Positions 31,101 through 33,168 of a DNA stretch of 33,168 nucleotides are shown here, one piece after another. Both the position numbers and the translations under genes were made by a program. This DNA comes from Rhizaria sp. SCN 62-66 (Eukaryota), in the NCBI GenBank assembly GCA_001724265.1, contig MEDY01000332.1:1-33168 (forward strand). Reading direction: 5' to 3'. Every line of letters begins with the position of its first letter. Within the stretch, counting starts at the first letter, position 1. Below the pieces are notes generated by a model, which was not told where the DNA came from, did not search any database, and was given only the letters and a program-made list of their open reading frames with translations.

Positions 31101-33168
31101 GCGCAGCCCCAGTCGCTGGCGCAGGCGGCGCTGTCGTCGCACGAGTCGTACCTCTCGCTGATCCTGCCGCTGGACTCGCCGCAGCTGGCGCCCACGCAGC
31201 CCGTGGCCGGCTTCGGCGTCGTCGCGCTCAAGGCCGCCAAGGTCGCGCGCATGCTGCGCCGCCGCGGGCCCGGCGCAGTGCTCGAGTTCATGTTCAACAA
31301 CCCGCTGCCGTGCGTCAAGGGGCCCGTCATGCCGCAGCTGCCGCAGCTGGCGCTTGCGCAGAGTCGTGCCGGTAGCCACACTGCCGGAGCCGGTGCGGTC
31401 GCGAGGGGGGCGCCGGCGCTGGGCAAGCGCGAGGCGCGGCTGTGCTTCTGCCACGGCACCGCGGCGGCCGTTTCCGGCGGTACGGCTAAGGCGAGCAACA
31501 CTGCAGCTGAGGACGCTGACGACGCCGACGACGAGGAGGATGAGGGTGCGCCGGCCGGCTGCTACAGCCACGTGCTGGGCGTGCCCCCGCCCCCGCCCGG
31601 CTCCTCCACGGACGTCAACGTTAAGGTCAACCCGGCCGCAGACAGTCTGGCTGCGGACAGTCTGACTGCGGACCTGGCGCCGCTGGGCGGGCTGGACGCC
31701 ATCGTCGCCGCCGCCGAGGCCGAGGCGGCCGCGGAGGCTGCGGCCGAGGCCGCCGCTGCCGCGGGCCGCGACGCCGCGGGCCGCGTTGACAGCGATTCTA
31801 GCCCTGGTGCCCGCGTGGCGGGCGACGTCAGCGCGAGCGCCGCTGGCGCGTTTTGCTACTATATCGTTGACCACCACCATCTGGCTGTGGCGCTGCAGGA
31901 GGCGCCGCTCGAGGCCGCGGCCGACGCCTGGCTGCGCTCCAGCGCCCTCAGGCGCCGCAAGCGCCGCCGCGCACTTGCCGCTGCCGCAGCGAGTATGAGC
32001 GGTGACGGGGACGACGCTCAGAGGCAGCAGCAGCAGACTCTGTCGATCCCCAGCGCCTCGCCCCCCGTCTCCGGCAGCAACGACAGCGGCGCGAGCGCTG
32101 CCAGCGCGGCCCCGAGCACGAGCGCGGGCCTGCGCGGCGTGGGACTGGCGGGCGAGGGCCTGGTGTCGGGCCCCGGGCGCGATGGGATGCTGTTCGTGGA
32201 CTCTGAGCGGCTCTACCACCCGCCCTCGCCCGGCGACGGCAACGCGGACCGCGGCGGCAGCGGCAGCGAGCTGGACGACAGCGAGAGCAGCGACGAGGAC
32301 GGCGGGCGCGGCGGCGACTCCGGCGGCGACGACGACGACGATGACGACGACGACAACGACGATGACGACTACGAAGACGGCAGCAGCAGCCTCGGCTTTG
32401 CCCCGCCCTCGCGTCCCCGCTCGCGCCGCAACAGCGTCGCCGCGGCCTTCGCGTCTGCCTCCGCGTCCGCGGAGGCCACTGCGGATGCCCGCGCGGCGCG
32501 GCGCGCGGCCCGCAGCGCGGCCCGCGCGGCCGAGGTGGCGGCACTAGTGGCGACGCTGCGGCGCGTGCGCGTGCACGTCGCGCTGGACCTCTCGCAGCTG
32601 CCGCCGCGCGCCTTCTGGCAGGTGATGGCGCGCTACGCGCTCTGCTACCCGCGGCTGCGCGGGCGCGCGCTGTGTCCGTTCCTGCTGCCGCGCGCCGTGG
32701 CGGGCATCGCCGACGACGCGCTGCGCACGCTCGCGTGGCTGGTGCGGCGCCCGCAGGCCGCGGGGGTCGCGCCCGCGCCCGCGCTCTTCCCCGGCTACCT
32801 CAAGGTCCCCACGGGGTTCATCGAGTTCCTGTGGGCGGACCACCTGCGCCGCTGGGTCCGCGCGCGCGAGGGCGGCTGGGTCGACGATGACGATGTCGGC
32901 GACGCCTGTGGGGATCGCAGCGCACTGCTGTGTCGTCGTAGCGGGAGTAGCGCGACGGACATTGATAGCAAGATCAACAGCAGTCGACACGGCATCGCGG
33001 GGCACAGCCACGACGGCCACTGCCGCTGCCACCACGAGCACATGACGTCCTCCGAGAACAGCAGTGCCAGCGGCAGCACCGCGGTCCCCGCGTCGGCGGG
33101 CTGCGGCAGCCCGCACTGCCGCCGCGTCCGCGCCCGCGCGCGCGCCCGAGGCCTGGCGGCGCAGGCGT
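28193..33168 (+). CDS. Tandem ParB-like (ParBc_2-type, ParB/sulfiredoxin fold) domain protein; exons 28193-28408 and 28719->33168, >1550 aa, 3' end outside the window
   Basis: AAG|GTACGG...GCACAG|TCT phase-0 intron; exon 2 stays open to the window edge. Copy 1: LAPTQLSVG...VTCVIGP...LYLIDRHHTCLAL...DDLSWLAPADFFSQL...DAPFKSLSWAVR...WATYLHR...LARCMPGF. Copy 2: LAPTQPVAG...PLPCVKGP...YYIVDHHHLAVAL...LDLSQLPPRAFWQVM...YP...LP...DDALRTLAWLVR...GYLKVPTGFIEFLWADHLRR. Confidence 0.8.

Noticed and set aside
28774-33116. Numerous Arg/Pro-rich short ORFs on both strands
   Set aside because: Alternative-frame shadows of the single open frame encoding the ParB-like protein.
28193-33168. Bacterial contamination or a plasmid partition (parABS) locus
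   Set aside because: The gene has a spliceosomal intron and host-type low-complexity inserts, neighbours Arp3, and has no parA or parS-like array nearby.

Overview
Eukaryotic (protist-like) nuclear DNA with very GC-rich exons, AT-rich spacers and spliceosomal GT-AG introns (donors GTACGY/GTACGG/GTATGT, pyrimidine-rich acceptors). Nine protein-coding loci can be supported. (1) A phosphoglycerate kinase with an N-terminal extension, on the minus strand and running off the left edge. (2) MCM8 helicase. (3) A ~2150-codon low-complexity gene on the minus strand whose single reading frame is interrupted by one in-frame TAG at the head of a poly-Gln run. (4) TBCCD1. (5) A mitochondrion-targeted mL40-like protein. 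(6) A 3-exon SLC26/SulP-STAS anion transporter. (7) A 2-exon hypothetical protein. (8) A 4-exon Arp3. (9) An intron-containing gene, missing from the ORF track because it runs off the right edge, that encodes two tandem bacterial-type ParB-like (ParBc_2) domains. The most interesting points are the in-frame UAG (recoding, readthrough or nonsense allele; none of the seven complete genes ends in TAG), the tandem ParB-like protein, the possibly membrane-anchored PGK, and an H/ACA-like hairpin in Arp3 intron 1. All family assignments come from motifs recognised by eye; no database searches were run.
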